DNA of 64,000 nt, from the NCBI GenBank assembly GCA_902623005.1, contig CACNSC010000003.1:34610-98609 (forward strand), read 5' to 3'. This document shows, piece after piece, positions 1-9,662 of the stretch (position 1 is its first letter; each line of letters opens with the position of its first letter). The stretch is from an uncultured Coxiella sp. (lineage in GTDB: Bacteria; Pseudomonadota; Gammaproteobacteria; Coxiellales; Coxiellaceae). Both the position numbers and the translations under genes were made by a program. The notes under the pieces were generated by a model. That model saw only the letters and a program-made list of their open reading frames with translations. It was not told the DNA's origin and did not search any database.

Positions 1-723
1 TACTGCTTTGCGACGGGCTTCTCGGGTCGATAAGCTTGCAGTGGAAGACGAATGAGTCACTTTTGGGTCAGTCATATTCTTTTGGGGTGTAAAAGACAGT
101 GTGAGTATTTGTTGTCTTAGTTTGGAGATGGTTTGTATGGTTGATTGCACGTCTACATTCTTAGCACCATCAAGCTGCTTGCTGATCTGGTCGATACTAT
201 TTATGAAAGGTTTACGTTGTTGAAGGTTGGCTGCTGTTGATAAGGCCCGTTGCGCACTATCGAGTAGCTTGATTGCGAAAGACGTATTTATTTGAGTAGC
301 CAGTTGAAGTTGAGCCAATTGTAATTGATGAATGGCTAAATCAATTTGTTCTTCATCACCATGCTCATGAGCTTCTGTTAGGTGTCGACTCATGCTGCGT
401 AATAGTTGTGAGTGGTCCTCCCATTCCTCATTGAGATGATGGATTGCCACTTGGCTAGTAGTATCCATTTTCCGAATCGTTTCAGATTGCGTTTGTAGTT
501 GTTGGCTCACGGATTGAGATTGTTGCTGCAATTGTTGGTTAACGGTTTTAGATTGATCCGAAATTTGGGTTTGTAAATATTCAATATGTTTATGACTCAG
601 TGACGTCATAGTAACAGCTACGATAGCAATGATAAGGGTAATAATTGCAACCACAAGGCTGACTTTAGTGGTAAAAATATATTTGTTGTAAGGATTAACG
701 ATTTTTTTGGATGGTTGATTCAT
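1..723 (-). CDS. hemX: HemX-like membrane protein. It is 3'-truncated by the window edge, so only the N-terminal 241 codons are present.
   Basis: Hand translation from ATG (723-721) to position 1 has no stop. It reads MNQPSKKIVNPYNKYIFTTKVSLVVAIITLIIAIVAVT..., followed by a Gln-rich coiled-coil-like region (QQLQQQSQSVSQQLQTQSE...). The TM anchor, the Q-rich repeats and the position directly downstream of hemD match HemX of hemCDX operons. It is absent from the ORF track because no stop lies in the window. Confidence 0.6.
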   Translation of the reverse strand, partial: MNQPSKKIVNPYNKYIFTTKVSLVVAIITLIIAIVAVTMTSLSHKHIEYLQTQISDQSKTVNQQLQQQSQSVSQQLQTQSETIRKMDTTSQVAIHHLNEEWEDHSQLLRSMSRHLTEAHEHGDEEQIDLAIHQLQLAQLQLATQINTSFAIKLLDSAQRALSTAANLQQRKPFINSIDQISKQLDGAKNVDVQSTIQTISKLRQQILTLSFTPQKNMTDPKVTHSSSTASLSTREARRKAV

Positions 724-772
724 TGCAACTCCTGTACATTTTTGGTCAGTGTACCACGAAAAATACGTATAT

Positions 773-1537
773 TTAACGATCACTATTGGCGTGTGTTAAT
801 AGGCAGTCAACGATACTTTTTATACTGGCGTTATGACAAATCCAAGGTGTTTTTTCGAAACCCATGGATGAAGCTATCTTAGCTTGCTCTATCGTTATGA
901 CAAGCAATTGTTGTTGATACAGCCAAGACTTGTGTTCTGGAGTAAAAGCTTTGTGAAGATAATTCAGTGACGCAAGGCTGGTTATAATTATTGTATGAAT
1001 CGACTGTTTTATCAGTGACAGCAAGGTTGTCTCATCAGGAGGCAAGAACACGCGGTAGTAAGACTCTACTAAGATGACCGTTGCTTCACGCGCAGTTAAT
1101 TCTGGCTTTAACTCATCTCTAGACTCATAACCGCAACTGATGGAAATGGTTTTATTGCGAACATTCCTTAATTCTTGCAGTGCAAGGATACCTTGAGAGT
1201 TATATTCCAATGGCATGGCATCAACCCGTATTCCATAGTGCTGAATTGCTTGCGCAGTGCTCGGGCCAATAGCAATAATTGTCGTATTTTTTTCTGGCGT
1301 GTAGTGTGGTAACAGTGTGTGAGCGGCATTCGCGCTCACAAAAATTAGGATATCTGGTTTCGGTGTGGTATCAATTTTCTTCTCGATAGCTTGCTTTGTC
1401 TCTGCCTGAATGAAGAAAAGTGGGACCTCGATAACTTGACCTGAGTACGATTCGATTCGTTTGGTTAAGGCCTCTGATTGATGCGTGGGTCGAGTATTAA
1501 CGACGATGATGTTATTTAGCGATTTGTCGATGACCAT
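773..1537 (-). CDS. hemD: Uroporphyrinogen-III synthase
   Basis: The 269-aa ORF sits in the hemC-hemD-hemX context and has the typical N-terminus (IIVVNTRP...) and size. I prefer the internal ATG at 1537 (MVIDKS...). The longer start at 1582 would overlap the upstream ORF by 41 nt. Confidence 0.8.
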   Translation of the reverse strand: MVIDKSLNNIIVVNTRPTHQSEALTKRIESYSGQVIEVPLFFIQAETKQAIEKKIDTTPKPDILIFVSANAAHTLLPHYTPEKNTTIIAIGPSTAQAIQHYGIRVDAMPLEYNSQGILALQELRNVRNKTISISCGYESRDELKPELTAREATVILVESYYRVFLPPDETTLLSLIKQSIHTIIITSLASLNYLHKAFTPEHKSWLYQQQLLVITIEQAKIASSMGFEKTPWICHNASIKSIVDCLLTHANSDR

Positions 1538-1541
1538 GTTG

Positions 1542-1856
1542 TTATTGCGCAAGTTTGATGATGCCAAAAGCTGGCGTCTCATAGGGATGAGATTGTAAGA
1601 GCGCTTCTTTCACTGCTTCGATATCTGCTGCATAGCAAATTACTTCAACTTTATATTCTGATACAAGCTCAATATCACCGGGTGTACCTAAGTGAGGGCT
1701 AGCGTCTTGATTGGCTCTGAATTGACCCTGTCCTGCTGTTTGCCAACAACATTGATCGTAGTTACCAATTGAACCTGCATTGGCTCGAAAAATTGCCTGC
1801 TTAACGATTTCTAAATGAGATTCTGGTACATAAAAGTAGAGTTGATACATGATCAC
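1542..1856 (-). CDS. Small stand-alone protein resembling the PII-like insert domain of NIF3/YqfO proteins (COG3323-like)
   Basis: The 104-aa protein has YFYVPESHLEIVKQAIFRANAGSIGNYDQCCWQTAGQGQFR...HPYETPAF, a pattern I recall for the YqfO/NIF3 insert-domain family. It is tightly packed between hemC and hemD. Confidence 0.5.
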   Translation of the reverse strand: MIMYQLYFYVPESHLEIVKQAIFRANAGSIGNYDQCCWQTAGQGQFRANQDASPHLGTPGDIELVSEYKVEVICYAADIEAVKEALLQSHPYETPAFGIIKLAQ

Positions 1857-1876
1857 ATTCTCGAATAATTGAACAT

Positions 1877-2803
1877 TTAAGTTGGTTGATATTTCAAATA
1901 CTCACGCGCACCTTGCTTAATGAGTTGCTGGGCAACGTAATTTCCTAACGCCATTGAATCTCCTCGAGGCATCGTGTGCGAGCAAGTGATGGTTGAGAAG
2001 TCTTTTAAATGTCCAACCATGGCATTGAGGTGCAGTGTGTTATTCGATAAATATGCGTGCGCTGCAACTGCAGATTGACAATCCCCCCCGAGAAGACGAT
2101 TAACCTGTCGTTCGGCCATGACGCAATCTTGGGTCTCGGGATCGTTGAGTTGAGACACAATGTCTTTAGTTGATGGGTCATCGACACGACACTCAATCCC
2201 AAGAGCGCCTTGACCTATCGCTGGAATGAAATCAGATATTGAAAGTGCGGTAATAGGTGGTTGTGTAATACCCAGTCGGATTAAACCGGCATGCGCAAGT
2301 ATGATTGCATCGTATCGTCCTTCAATAAGGTGGGTGATGCGGGTGTTAATATTGCCTCGGCACAACGCGATACGACAATGTGGCAGTGCTGCTTTTATTT
2401 GACAGGTGCGCCTAGGGCTTGATGTTCCAATAACCCCATTTTCAGGAAAATCGCCGATTGAAGGGAATTTTTTGCTCACCCAAACGTCCTCTGCAGCAGC
2501 TCGCGGTAAGATAGCGGCTAATTCAAGACCATCAGCGGGGTTGACCGACATATCTTTTACACAATGGACAGCAAAATCGGCCTGATTACTCAATACCGCG
2601 GTTTGTAGAGTTTTAACAAAAACGGATTTACCCCCAAGTTGATGAAGTGCAACGTGCTGCTGCTGATCCCCAGTTGTCGTGAGTGTGACCAGTTCAATAT
2701 TGATGTCTGGATGTAATGCATTAATTCGTTGTTTGACTTGATGAGCTTGCTGCAGTGCCAGTGGGCTTGAGCGAGTTGCTAATCGCAGTAACCTAGCTGT
2801 CAT
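1877..2803 (-). CDS. hemC: Porphobilinogen deaminase (hydroxymethylbilane synthase)
   Basis: The 308-aa protein starts LRLATRSSPLALQQA and carries GDxxxxxxL..GGKSVFVKTLQ and RGNINTR motifs typical of HemC. Confidence 0.92.
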   Translation of the reverse strand: MTARLLRLATRSSPLALQQAHQVKQRINALHPDINIELVTLTTTGDQQQHVALHQLGGKSVFVKTLQTAVLSNQADFAVHCVKDMSVNPADGLELAAILPRAAAEDVWVSKKFPSIGDFPENGVIGTSSPRRTCQIKAALPHCRIALCRGNINTRITHLIEGRYDAIILAHAGLIRLGITQPPITALSISDFIPAIGQGALGIECRVDDPSTKDIVSQLNDPETQDCVMAERQVNRLLGGDCQSAVAAHAYLSNNTLHLNAMVGHLKDFSTITCSHTMPRGDSMALGNYVAQQLIKQGAREYLKYQPT

Positions 2804-3716
2804 GAGTCATCTCTTGCATTAATTGATCTTTTTCACTCCAGCGCTCATTGAGCCACGACTGTAACCGCTTGCGGTAATCCTTATCGTTACGATACTGGCC
2901 GATAAGATCAGGTGTGATAGGAATGACTCGATAGTGCACATCAATCTTTTTGAGTTTGCCGCAAAGGAAGCTCCACAATGAGGTGTTGTTGGGTGTGTAT
3001 TTCAGCGTCAAATCAATAATGCCATCGAGCTTGTGGTGCATTTCGTTAACGACGGTTGCAATGCCGACTGATTTTGGTTTGAGTAAAGACTCGTATGGGG
3101 CGCGTTGCTTTTGGTTTTTTTCCGATGAATAGCGTGTCCCTTCAGGAAATATGATTAAGGTTGATGGGTTCTCTGCAAGGTTTGAGCAGACCTCTTTAGC
3201 TGTTTGAACATCGCTGGGCATTTTATCGCGACTTGATTTTTTGCCGCGCTTGTTGGCATTACGACTTAAAAACGGAAAGCCTGCTAGGTAACACAGCTGG
3301 CCGCCAAGCGGTAGAGACCAGCTCAGTTCCTTTTTAAGGAAAAATTTAAGTGGAGCTATTTTGTAACCAAAGAAAATTCCGGCAATTAAAATATCAAGCC
3401 AGGAGGAATGATTACAAATCACAAGATACCAGCCATCGCGTTTAAGTTCAGGATGTGTCGGTGGTTGCCATTGCCATAATCTAAAAACCTTTGCAACACC
3501 GTAGAAGCAATACCAGGCGAATGAGAACAACGGCATGCAATGGTACTGAAGACGCAGTCGTAGCTGACGATGAGGAACGAGATAAGTCGCTGCAAAGATT
3601 ATAATCATAATTATTGAAAGTGGAATATACAGCAGAGCAAAACAACACAGCGTAAGAATGCCAGTGACGGGAGAGAAGAGTGATAATATTTTCATGGGTT
3701 TTCTAGTAAGTATCAT
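2793..3716 (-). CDS. PlsC-family lysophospholipid acyltransferase (YihG-like)
   Basis: The 307-aa protein has N-terminal TM segments, an HX4D motif (NHSSWLD) and FPEGTR. Its stop overlaps the hemC start by 11 nt. Confidence 0.75.
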   Translation of the reverse strand: MILTRKPMKILSLFSPVTGILTLCCFALLYIPLSIIMIIIFAATYLVPHRQLRLRLQYHCMPLFSFAWYCFYGVAKVFRLWQWQPPTHPELKRDGWYLVICNHSSWLDILIAGIFFGYKIAPLKFFLKKELSWSLPLGGQLCYLAGFPFLSRNANKRGKKSSRDKMPSDVQTAKEVCSNLAENPSTLIIFPEGTRYSSEKNQKQRAPYESLLKPKSVGIATVVNEMHHKLDGIIDLTLKYTPNNTSLWSFLCGKLKKIDVHYRVIPITPDLIGQYRNDKDYRKRLQSWLNERWSEKDQLMQEMTHDS

Positions 3717-3719
3717 GGT

Positions 3720-4238
3720 TTAGGAATTATTATTGAGGGAGTTGGGTTTAATAGTGTCAAAAACATCGGATAAGGATTCTTCCTTAGGCTTAGTTCTGAC
3801 TTGAAAAGCACATTTACTGGTATCTGTACTGTGACAGTTCATGGTTTGACCTTGTTTAGCTTCCCAGGATAAGTCATCACTTTGAGTGGGTTCCACGGCA
3901 ACGACGTTATAGGCCAAAACCGCTGGCAAGGATAATTTATCTCGGCTGTTAACATACACGCAGAATATTTGTCCCAGTCCTGCCCCGCCCCATTGGGCGC
4001 CAACAAACGAGTCCAGTGAATCGACAAACGATGAGTTAAAGCTCTTAAATGATGCGTCAGGTGAAGCCCATAAATTAGTTGATTTATCTTTCACCAAGGA
4101 CTTAACCGGTGGGCAGGTCATGGTAAATGTAGATGCATGTTTTGTTGACGTATCCTCAGCCATGGCAGTCGTTGTTAGGACTAAGTAACTTAAACACAGT
4201 AAAACAATTACATGATAAGGTTTAGAGCAACGCGGCAT
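3720..4238 (-). CDS. Exported hypothetical protein
   Basis: Starting at ATG 4238, preceded by AGGAGG, gives MPRCSKPYHVIVLLCLSYLVLTTTAMA|EDTS, a classic Sec signal peptide. I recognise no family. Confidence 0.55.
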   Translation of the reverse strand: MPRCSKPYHVIVLLCLSYLVLTTTAMAEDTSTKHASTFTMTCPPVKSLVKDKSTNLWASPDASFKSFNSSFVDSLDSFVGAQWGGAGLGQIFCVYVNSRDKLSLPAVLAYNVVAVEPTQSDDLSWEAKQGQTMNCHSTDTSKCAFQVRTKPKEESLSDVFDTIKPNSLNNNS

Positions 4239-4379
4239 AACGCCTCCTAATAATAAATTGCACACAGTCTAGTGTGCTTGTGGTGGGAATGCCAGTGAAA
4301 TACATCAAGTCAGATTGGCTTTCAAACCAGATTAATCTATCATGTGTCAGTCTCACTGACTGCAGGATGAAGGTTCACC

Positions 4380-5006
4380 TTGGCAAAGTTACATTTTTAT
4401 TATTCAGCAATGAATGCCGGTAAGAGCACAACATTACTTCAGTCGAGTCACAATTACCGTGAGCGCGGAATGGGTACCTTGATTTACGCGCCTGATATTG
4501 ACGACCGTTATGGTCAAGGAAAGGTGACCTCACGTCTGGGTCTACAAGCGGATGCTTTCTTGTTGGCAAAAAATACCAATGTATTTGAAGACGTCAAACA
4601 GCGATTGTTGCAGGATGACAATATCAAATGCGTGCTAGTCGATGAGGCACAGTTTTTAACACAAGCTCAGGTTGAGCAGTTGGGACAGGTCGTTGATCAT
4701 TGCCACCTTCCTGTATTGGCATACGGTATCAGAACAGACTTCCAAGGCGAGCCGTTTCCTGGCAGCAAGTATTTGCTCGCATGGGCAGATGAACTAATTG
4801 AACTCAAAACTATTTGTCATTGTGGTCGTAAAGCAACCATGATTTTGCGCTTGGATGGCGACGGCAATGTTATTCGGCAGGGGGCGCAAGTGGCTATTGG
4901 CGGCAATGAGTCCTATATTTCCACATGCCGTAAGCACTTTTATGCTGGCGAAGCCTATTCCAGCGGTTCGTCATCGCATGATAGTCTGCGCGGTGTTGAA
5001 AATTAA
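4380..5006 (+). CDS. tdk: Thymidine kinase
   Basis: It has a TTG start. The sequence [21 protein letters not shown] (P-loop), VDEAQF and a C-terminal CHCGRKA...C..H zinc ribbon are all typical of type II TK. Confidence 0.92.
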   Translation: MAKLHFYYSAMNAGKSTTLLQSSHNYRERGMGTLIYAPDIDDRYGQGKVTSRLGLQADAFLLAKNTNVFEDVKQRLLQDDNIKCVLVDEAQFLTQAQVEQLGQVVDHCHLPVLAYGIRTDFQGEPFPGSKYLLAWADELIELKTICHCGRKATMILRLDGDGNVIRQGAQVAIGGNESYISTCRKHFYAGEAYSSGSSSHDSLRGVEN

Positions 5007-5091
5007 TGCCAATTAACCGGCCGTCATAGATTGTTTTTTGCTCATAGATCAGTCTATAATGCTGTCCGCTAAACATTAATGGTAGCTTATT

Positions 5092-6423
5092 GTGAGTCAA
5101 TTTCAATCAACAATTACTGAGCCAAGCGTGAACATGAACAAAACAATTTGGTCCGTTATCCAGCCTTGGATAGTGGTCTCAGCAGCAGCGGTTTTCTTTT
5201 TCTTCGTGTTTATTCAAGTCAACATGCTGAACTCATTGAGTGACTCAATTTATAAGTATTTTCATACAGATATCCAAGGATTTTCGCAGATTGCTGTCAG
5301 CTATTTTTATGGTAATGTGCTGTTGCTGTTTCCAGCTGGTGTGATCTTAGACCACTTTTCTACTCGTCGCGTCTTGCTGCTATCGATGGCTTTATTGGTT
5401 TTAGCTACAGTTGCGTTTGGTTTATCAACCACAGTATCTCAAGCTGTGTTGGCTCGTTTTGTGAGTGGTTTGACCGGTGCTTTCTGTTTGTTAGGTGTGG
5501 TTCGAATTGCTTCTCGATGGTTTCCACCCAATAAAATGGCTTTTGTGGTTGGTTTGGCGATTACTTTTGCCATGTTTGGGGGGATGGTAGCGCAAACACC
5601 GGTGTCTGTTTTGGTGGTTAAATTTGGTTTTGTGCATACGATGATGATTGATGCTGCAATTGGTGCTGCATTCTTTGTGTTCATGTTTCTTTTTTTAAAA
5701 GATGTTCCCAAGGGTCAGAAGAAACAGCCAGTCAGTGAGCGATTTAATGCAATAACTTTTTTTCGTATTTTATTCACGGTCATGAAAAACCCACAGAACT
5801 GGCTAGCTGGTCTGTATGCATCATTAATTAACTTACCAGTTTTTTTATTGGGCGCCTCGTCTGCAGATATGTACTTGCAGCAAGTATCGCACCTAAGCTT
5901 GCGCAGTGCTTCGGTTGTCAGTGAGGGGTTATTCATCGGTCTTATCATCGGCTGTCCGTTGTTCGGCTGGTGGTCAGATAAGATTAACAAACGAAAATTT
6001 CCCATGTTTGTTGGCGCAATTTTATCATTACTGGTTATCGTTATAATGATGTTATTTCCTGGTGCGAGTTTTACCGTGCAAATGACGTTGTTTTTCTTGT
6101 TAGGACTTTTTATTAGTTCACAAACCATTGCATACCCATTGGTTGCCGAAAGTAATTCAGAGAACTTGACCGGCTCAGCCAATGCTGTTGCGTCTTTCTT
6201 GATTATGTCCGGTGGCTTTTTAATCCCATTTTTTACCTATTTACTTAACCAACATTGGGCGCATCACCTAGTTAACGGCGTACCAATGTATAGTGTCTCA
6301 GATTATCGCCATGCGTTCATGATGATGCCTATCGCATTTTTAGCATCGTTTTTGGTGACCTTGTTCCTCAAAGAGACGCATTGTAAGAGTTTCTCGGAGC
6401 GTGCGGCTGCATCGAGCAGTTAA
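5092..6423 (+). CDS. MFS transporter
   Basis: The 443-aa protein has about 12 hydrophobic segments and an MFS signature-like loop (LDHFSTRRVLLLS). The start is uncertain: GTG 5092 or ATG 5134. Confidence 0.8.
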   Translation: MSQFQSTITEPSVNMNKTIWSVIQPWIVVSAAAVFFFFVFIQVNMLNSLSDSIYKYFHTDIQGFSQIAVSYFYGNVLLLFPAGVILDHFSTRRVLLLSMALLVLATVAFGLSTTVSQAVLARFVSGLTGAFCLLGVVRIASRWFPPNKMAFVVGLAITFAMFGGMVAQTPVSVLVVKFGFVHTMMIDAAIGAAFFVFMFLFLKDVPKGQKKQPVSERFNAITFFRILFTVMKNPQNWLAGLYASLINLPVFLLGASSADMYLQQVSHLSLRSASVVSEGLFIGLIIGCPLFGWWSDKINKRKFPMFVGAILSLLVIVIMMLFPGASFTVQMTLFFLLGLFISSQTIAYPLVAESNSENLTGSANAVASFLIMSGGFLIPFFTYLLNQHWAHHLVNGVPMYSVSDYRHAFMMMPIAFLASFLVTLFLKETHCKSFSERAAASSS

Positions 6424-6459
6424 TACGTCGTATTAATGTGTTAGGGATAACTGAGGTCA

Positions 6460-7089
6460 ATGCGCCATTCGTTACTGTTGAAAAGCACTATTATTCTGGT
6501 GCCTTTAACACTGATTTTGTGGTACACCACGATTACCTTGCGTGCTCCTAAGCATCAAGAGCATCTTTGTCAGTTATTTCAAGAGCATCCCTCATGGTAC
6601 TGGTCGGCACAACGTGCCGAGCAAAAGTGGGGCGTACCAATCAGTGTACAAATGGCGATCATTCATCAGGAGTCACATTTTCGTGCGGGTGTAAAACCAC
6701 CGCATCATCTCTGGTTAGGTTTTATCCCGGGGTTTAGACCGACTACTGCTGAGGGGTATGCCCAAGTGGTTGATGGCACATGGCAAGAGTACCTTCACAG
6801 TACGCATCAGCGCAGTGCGCGTCGGAGTAGCTTTGCTAATGCCGTTGATTTTATCGGTTGGTATTCAAATCAGTTGCATCATCAGCTCGGCATTGCTAAG
6901 TCGGATGCTGAATCCATGTATTTAGCTTACTATTTGGGCCCTGGAGGTTATCGCTCGGGACGTTTCCAAAACAATCCCAAATTAATTGCTATTGCTCATA
7001 AGGTGGCCAAGCAGCAACAGATTTATCAGTCGGCACTGAATCGGTGTCAGGCAACTTTGTCGCAACGACCCTGGTGGCATGTCTGGTAG
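6460..7089 (+). CDS. SLT-domain lytic transglycosylase-like protein
   Basis: It has an N-terminal TM/signal anchor, a catalytic-type IIHQESHF motif, AEGYAQVVDGTW and AYYLGPGGY, matching the goose-lysozyme/SLT pattern. GAGG lies upstream of the ATG. Confidence 0.6.
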   Translation: MRHSLLLKSTIILVPLTLILWYTTITLRAPKHQEHLCQLFQEHPSWYWSAQRAEQKWGVPISVQMAIIHQESHFRAGVKPPHHLWLGFIPGFRPTTAEGYAQVVDGTWQEYLHSTHQRSARRSSFANAVDFIGWYSNQLHHQLGIAKSDAESMYLAYYLGPGGYRSGRFQNNPKLIAIAHKVAKQQQIYQSALNRCQATLSQRPWWHVW

Positions 7090-7168
7090 CCGCTAAATTT
7101 CCTTGTTTTAGATAAAAAACCCATGCTACTATCGCTGCACTTTTTTTGACAAGTTTAGAGGGTTTGGC

Positions 7169-9067
7169 GTGGCTGATCGTGATTCATTGTGGGATGTCAT
7201 TATCGTTGGTGGTGGGCATGCCGGGACCGAGGCCGCACTTGTCGCTGCCCGCATGGGGGCGCGCACCCTATTATTGACACATAACATTGAAACATTGGGT
7301 CAAATGTCTTGTAACCCTGCCATTGGTGGTATTGGTAAGAGTCATTTGGTCAGAGAGATTGATGCTATGGGCGGTGTCATGGCTGCAGCCGCAGATCATG
7401 CTGGCATTCAATTTAGGGTGCTTAATGCACGCAAAGGTGCTGCCGTGCGCGCCACTCGTGCTCAGGCTGATCGAGACCTTTATAGAAGTTATGTCAAACA
7501 GGCATTACAGCAACAGCCTGGTCTGCAGTTATTTCAGCAAGCCGTGGATGATTTGATCATCGAAAATGGTCGAGTGCGTGGTGTCGTTACTCAAATGGGT
7601 TTGTCATTTTATGCGAAGACCGTGGTGTTGACGGTCGGCACCTTTTTAGCGGGTCGGATTCATGTTGGTCAAAAGCAGCAACTGGGTGGTCGTATGGGTG
7701 ATGCGCCTTCTGTTGCGTTATCGGAACGATTAAGAGAATTACCATTCCGTGTTGCACGTTTGAAAACAGGCACGCCGCCTCGAATTGATACGCGAACCAT
7801 TGACTATAGCAAGTTGCAAGAACAGCCGGGCGATTCTCCTCTGCCAGTAATGTCGTATTGGGGTGATGTGTCGCAACATCCTCAGCAAGTATCTTGTTAT
7901 ATCACGTACACTAACGAGAAAACTCATGCGGTGATTCGAGATCATCTTGACCAATCAGCCATGTATTCAGGCAATATTGAAGGCGTCGGCCCACGATACT
8001 GCCCGTCGATTGAAGATAAGGTTGTGCGTTTTGCCGAGCGATCAGGCCACCAGATTTTTTTAGAGCCCGAGGGTTTAAACAGTATTGAAGTGTACCCGAA
8101 TGGTATTTCAACCAGTTTACCCTTCCACGCTCAGCAGGCTATGTTACAAACGATCGAAGGTTTGGAGCATTGTCATATTACGAGGCCTGGGTATGCAATT
8201 GAGTACGATTTTTTTGACCCACGTGATTTAAAGCATTCTTTAGAAACAAAACCGGTCGAAAATTTATTTTTTGCGGGCCAGATTAATGGAACAACAGGCT
8301 ACGAAGAGGCCGCTGCTCAAGGATTGCTTGCTGGAATTAATGCCGTTCTGCGCGTGCGCGGTGAGCAAGCATGGTACCCACGTCGTGATGAGGCATACCT
8401 TGGCGTTCTAGTTGATGATTTGGTCACACAAGGGACACAAGAACCCTACCGTATGTTTACATCACGAGCCGAGTGTCGTTTATTGCTGCGCGAAGATAAT
8501 GCGGATGAGCGCTTGTCACCCATTGCGTATCAGCTTGGTTGTTTGTCAGAGTCACTGTGGCAAGGATATTGCCAGACTCAGACTGCAGTGAAGGATCTTT
8601 CTACTGTTCTGCAGAATACATGGGTGCAGCCGGATTCGACGAGTGCACAACAATTCAAGCAGCAAACAGGTGTTGCACTGGAACGAGAATACAATGGCTT
8701 GGATTTATTACGTCGACCGGAAGTGTCCATAGAGATACTTAAGCGACTTGAAGCTTTCGAAAACTTATCGCCGTTAATTAATGCAGCTCAAAAAGTTGAG
8801 ATCCAAACGAAGTACGCTGGCTATATCAAACGGCAGCAAGTTGAAATTGACCGTGCTAGAAATATGCAAGCTACGGTTATACCGGAAAACTTTAGTTACG
8901 ATGTTGTAACTGGCCTATCTACCGAGGTATTGCAAGTCCTCAACCGCGTGCGGCCAACGACTGTCGGACAGGCCGGGCGTATTCCGGGCGTTACGCCTGC
9001 AGCGATTTCACTTTTGCTGGTTTTTTTAAAGAAGCATCAACAATATCAAGCCACTCGTCAAAGTTAA
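7169..9067 (+). CDS. mnmG: tRNA uridine 5-carboxymethylaminomethyl modification enzyme MnmG (GidA)
   Basis: The 632-aa protein has the FAD motif [15 protein letters not shown] and [20 protein letters not shown], and is conserved along its full length. Confidence 0.97.
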   Translation: MADRDSLWDVIIVGGGHAGTEAALVAARMGARTLLLTHNIETLGQMSCNPAIGGIGKSHLVREIDAMGGVMAAAADHAGIQFRVLNARKGAAVRATRAQADRDLYRSYVKQALQQQPGLQLFQQAVDDLIIENGRVRGVVTQMGLSFYAKTVVLTVGTFLAGRIHVGQKQQLGGRMGDAPSVALSERLRELPFRVARLKTGTPPRIDTRTIDYSKLQEQPGDSPLPVMSYWGDVSQHPQQVSCYITYTNEKTHAVIRDHLDQSAMYSGNIEGVGPRYCPSIEDKVVRFAERSGHQIFLEPEGLNSIEVYPNGISTSLPFHAQQAMLQTIEGLEHCHITRPGYAIEYDFFDPRDLKHSLETKPVENLFFAGQINGTTGYEEAAAQGLLAGINAVLRVRGEQAWYPRRDEAYLGVLVDDLVTQGTQEPYRMFTSRAECRLLLREDNADERLSPIAYQLGCLSESLWQGYCQTQTAVKDLSTVLQNTWVQPDSTSAQQFKQQTGVALEREYNGLDLLRRPEVSIEILKRLEAFENLSPLINAAQKVEIQTKYAGYIKRQQVEIDRARNMQATVIPENFSYDVVTGLSTEVLQVLNRVRPTTVGQAGRIPGVTPAAISLLLVFLKKHQQYQATRQS

Positions 9068-9225
9068 TATTTCATGATAGCGGTTCATCGATGAGCTTGA
9101 TCAATTAGTTCTATTTTCGGTTGCGAACTTTCTTTGCGCTAATCGTTTTTTTAACAATGCTTGCCCCTGGTGAGATTTGTTTGCAATGCTTAGGAAAAGC
9201 TTTCTTGTTAATGTTGTACGCAGTC

Positions 9226-9585
9226 CTAGATTTGACTCTGACTAGAAATTCTTGGCAGTTGTATTTTGGTTATTGCCAGCGCTGTGGCTGAGTCGGGCTT
9301 GATGAGCGCATCTGCGATTAAATCTTGTTTTGTTCTGCGCTCACCAAATACAGTCAGTGCTATTTGCCTGGCAATTCCAGGCTGGTAATGCATTAAGAAA
9401 TTTTCAATAAATGTTTTGTCATCGATGCTTTCACCTGCGAGTAGGCCCGCCATAATGTTTTTGAGGTCACTAAAACTATCCGCACTTCTCAGTAGAAGTG
9501 TAATGCTAGGTATGGCGTCTCGGCCAAAGCCGGCTTTTTTTATTAAGCTCATAGCATTGATCTTAATAATTTCCAGGCTTTGCAT
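9226..9585 (-). CDS. Orphan hypothetical protein (119 aa)
   Basis: It is the only long ORF in the 9.07-9.6 kb spacer. The RBS is weak and I recognise no motifs. It contains a TCATCGATG copy at 9419-9427. Confidence 0.35.
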   Translation of the reverse strand: MQSLEIIKINAMSLIKKAGFGRDAIPSITLLLRSADSFSDLKNIMAGLLAGESIDDKTFIENFLMHYQPGIARQIALTVFGERRTKQDLIADALIKPDSATALAITKIQLPRISSQSQI

Positions 9586-9662
9586 GGGCGTTCTCGTCTT
9601 ACCAGGCTATTTTTTTAGTCTATGCGAGTGAATTGCGGTTGTCATCAAGGTTAAATTCAGAA

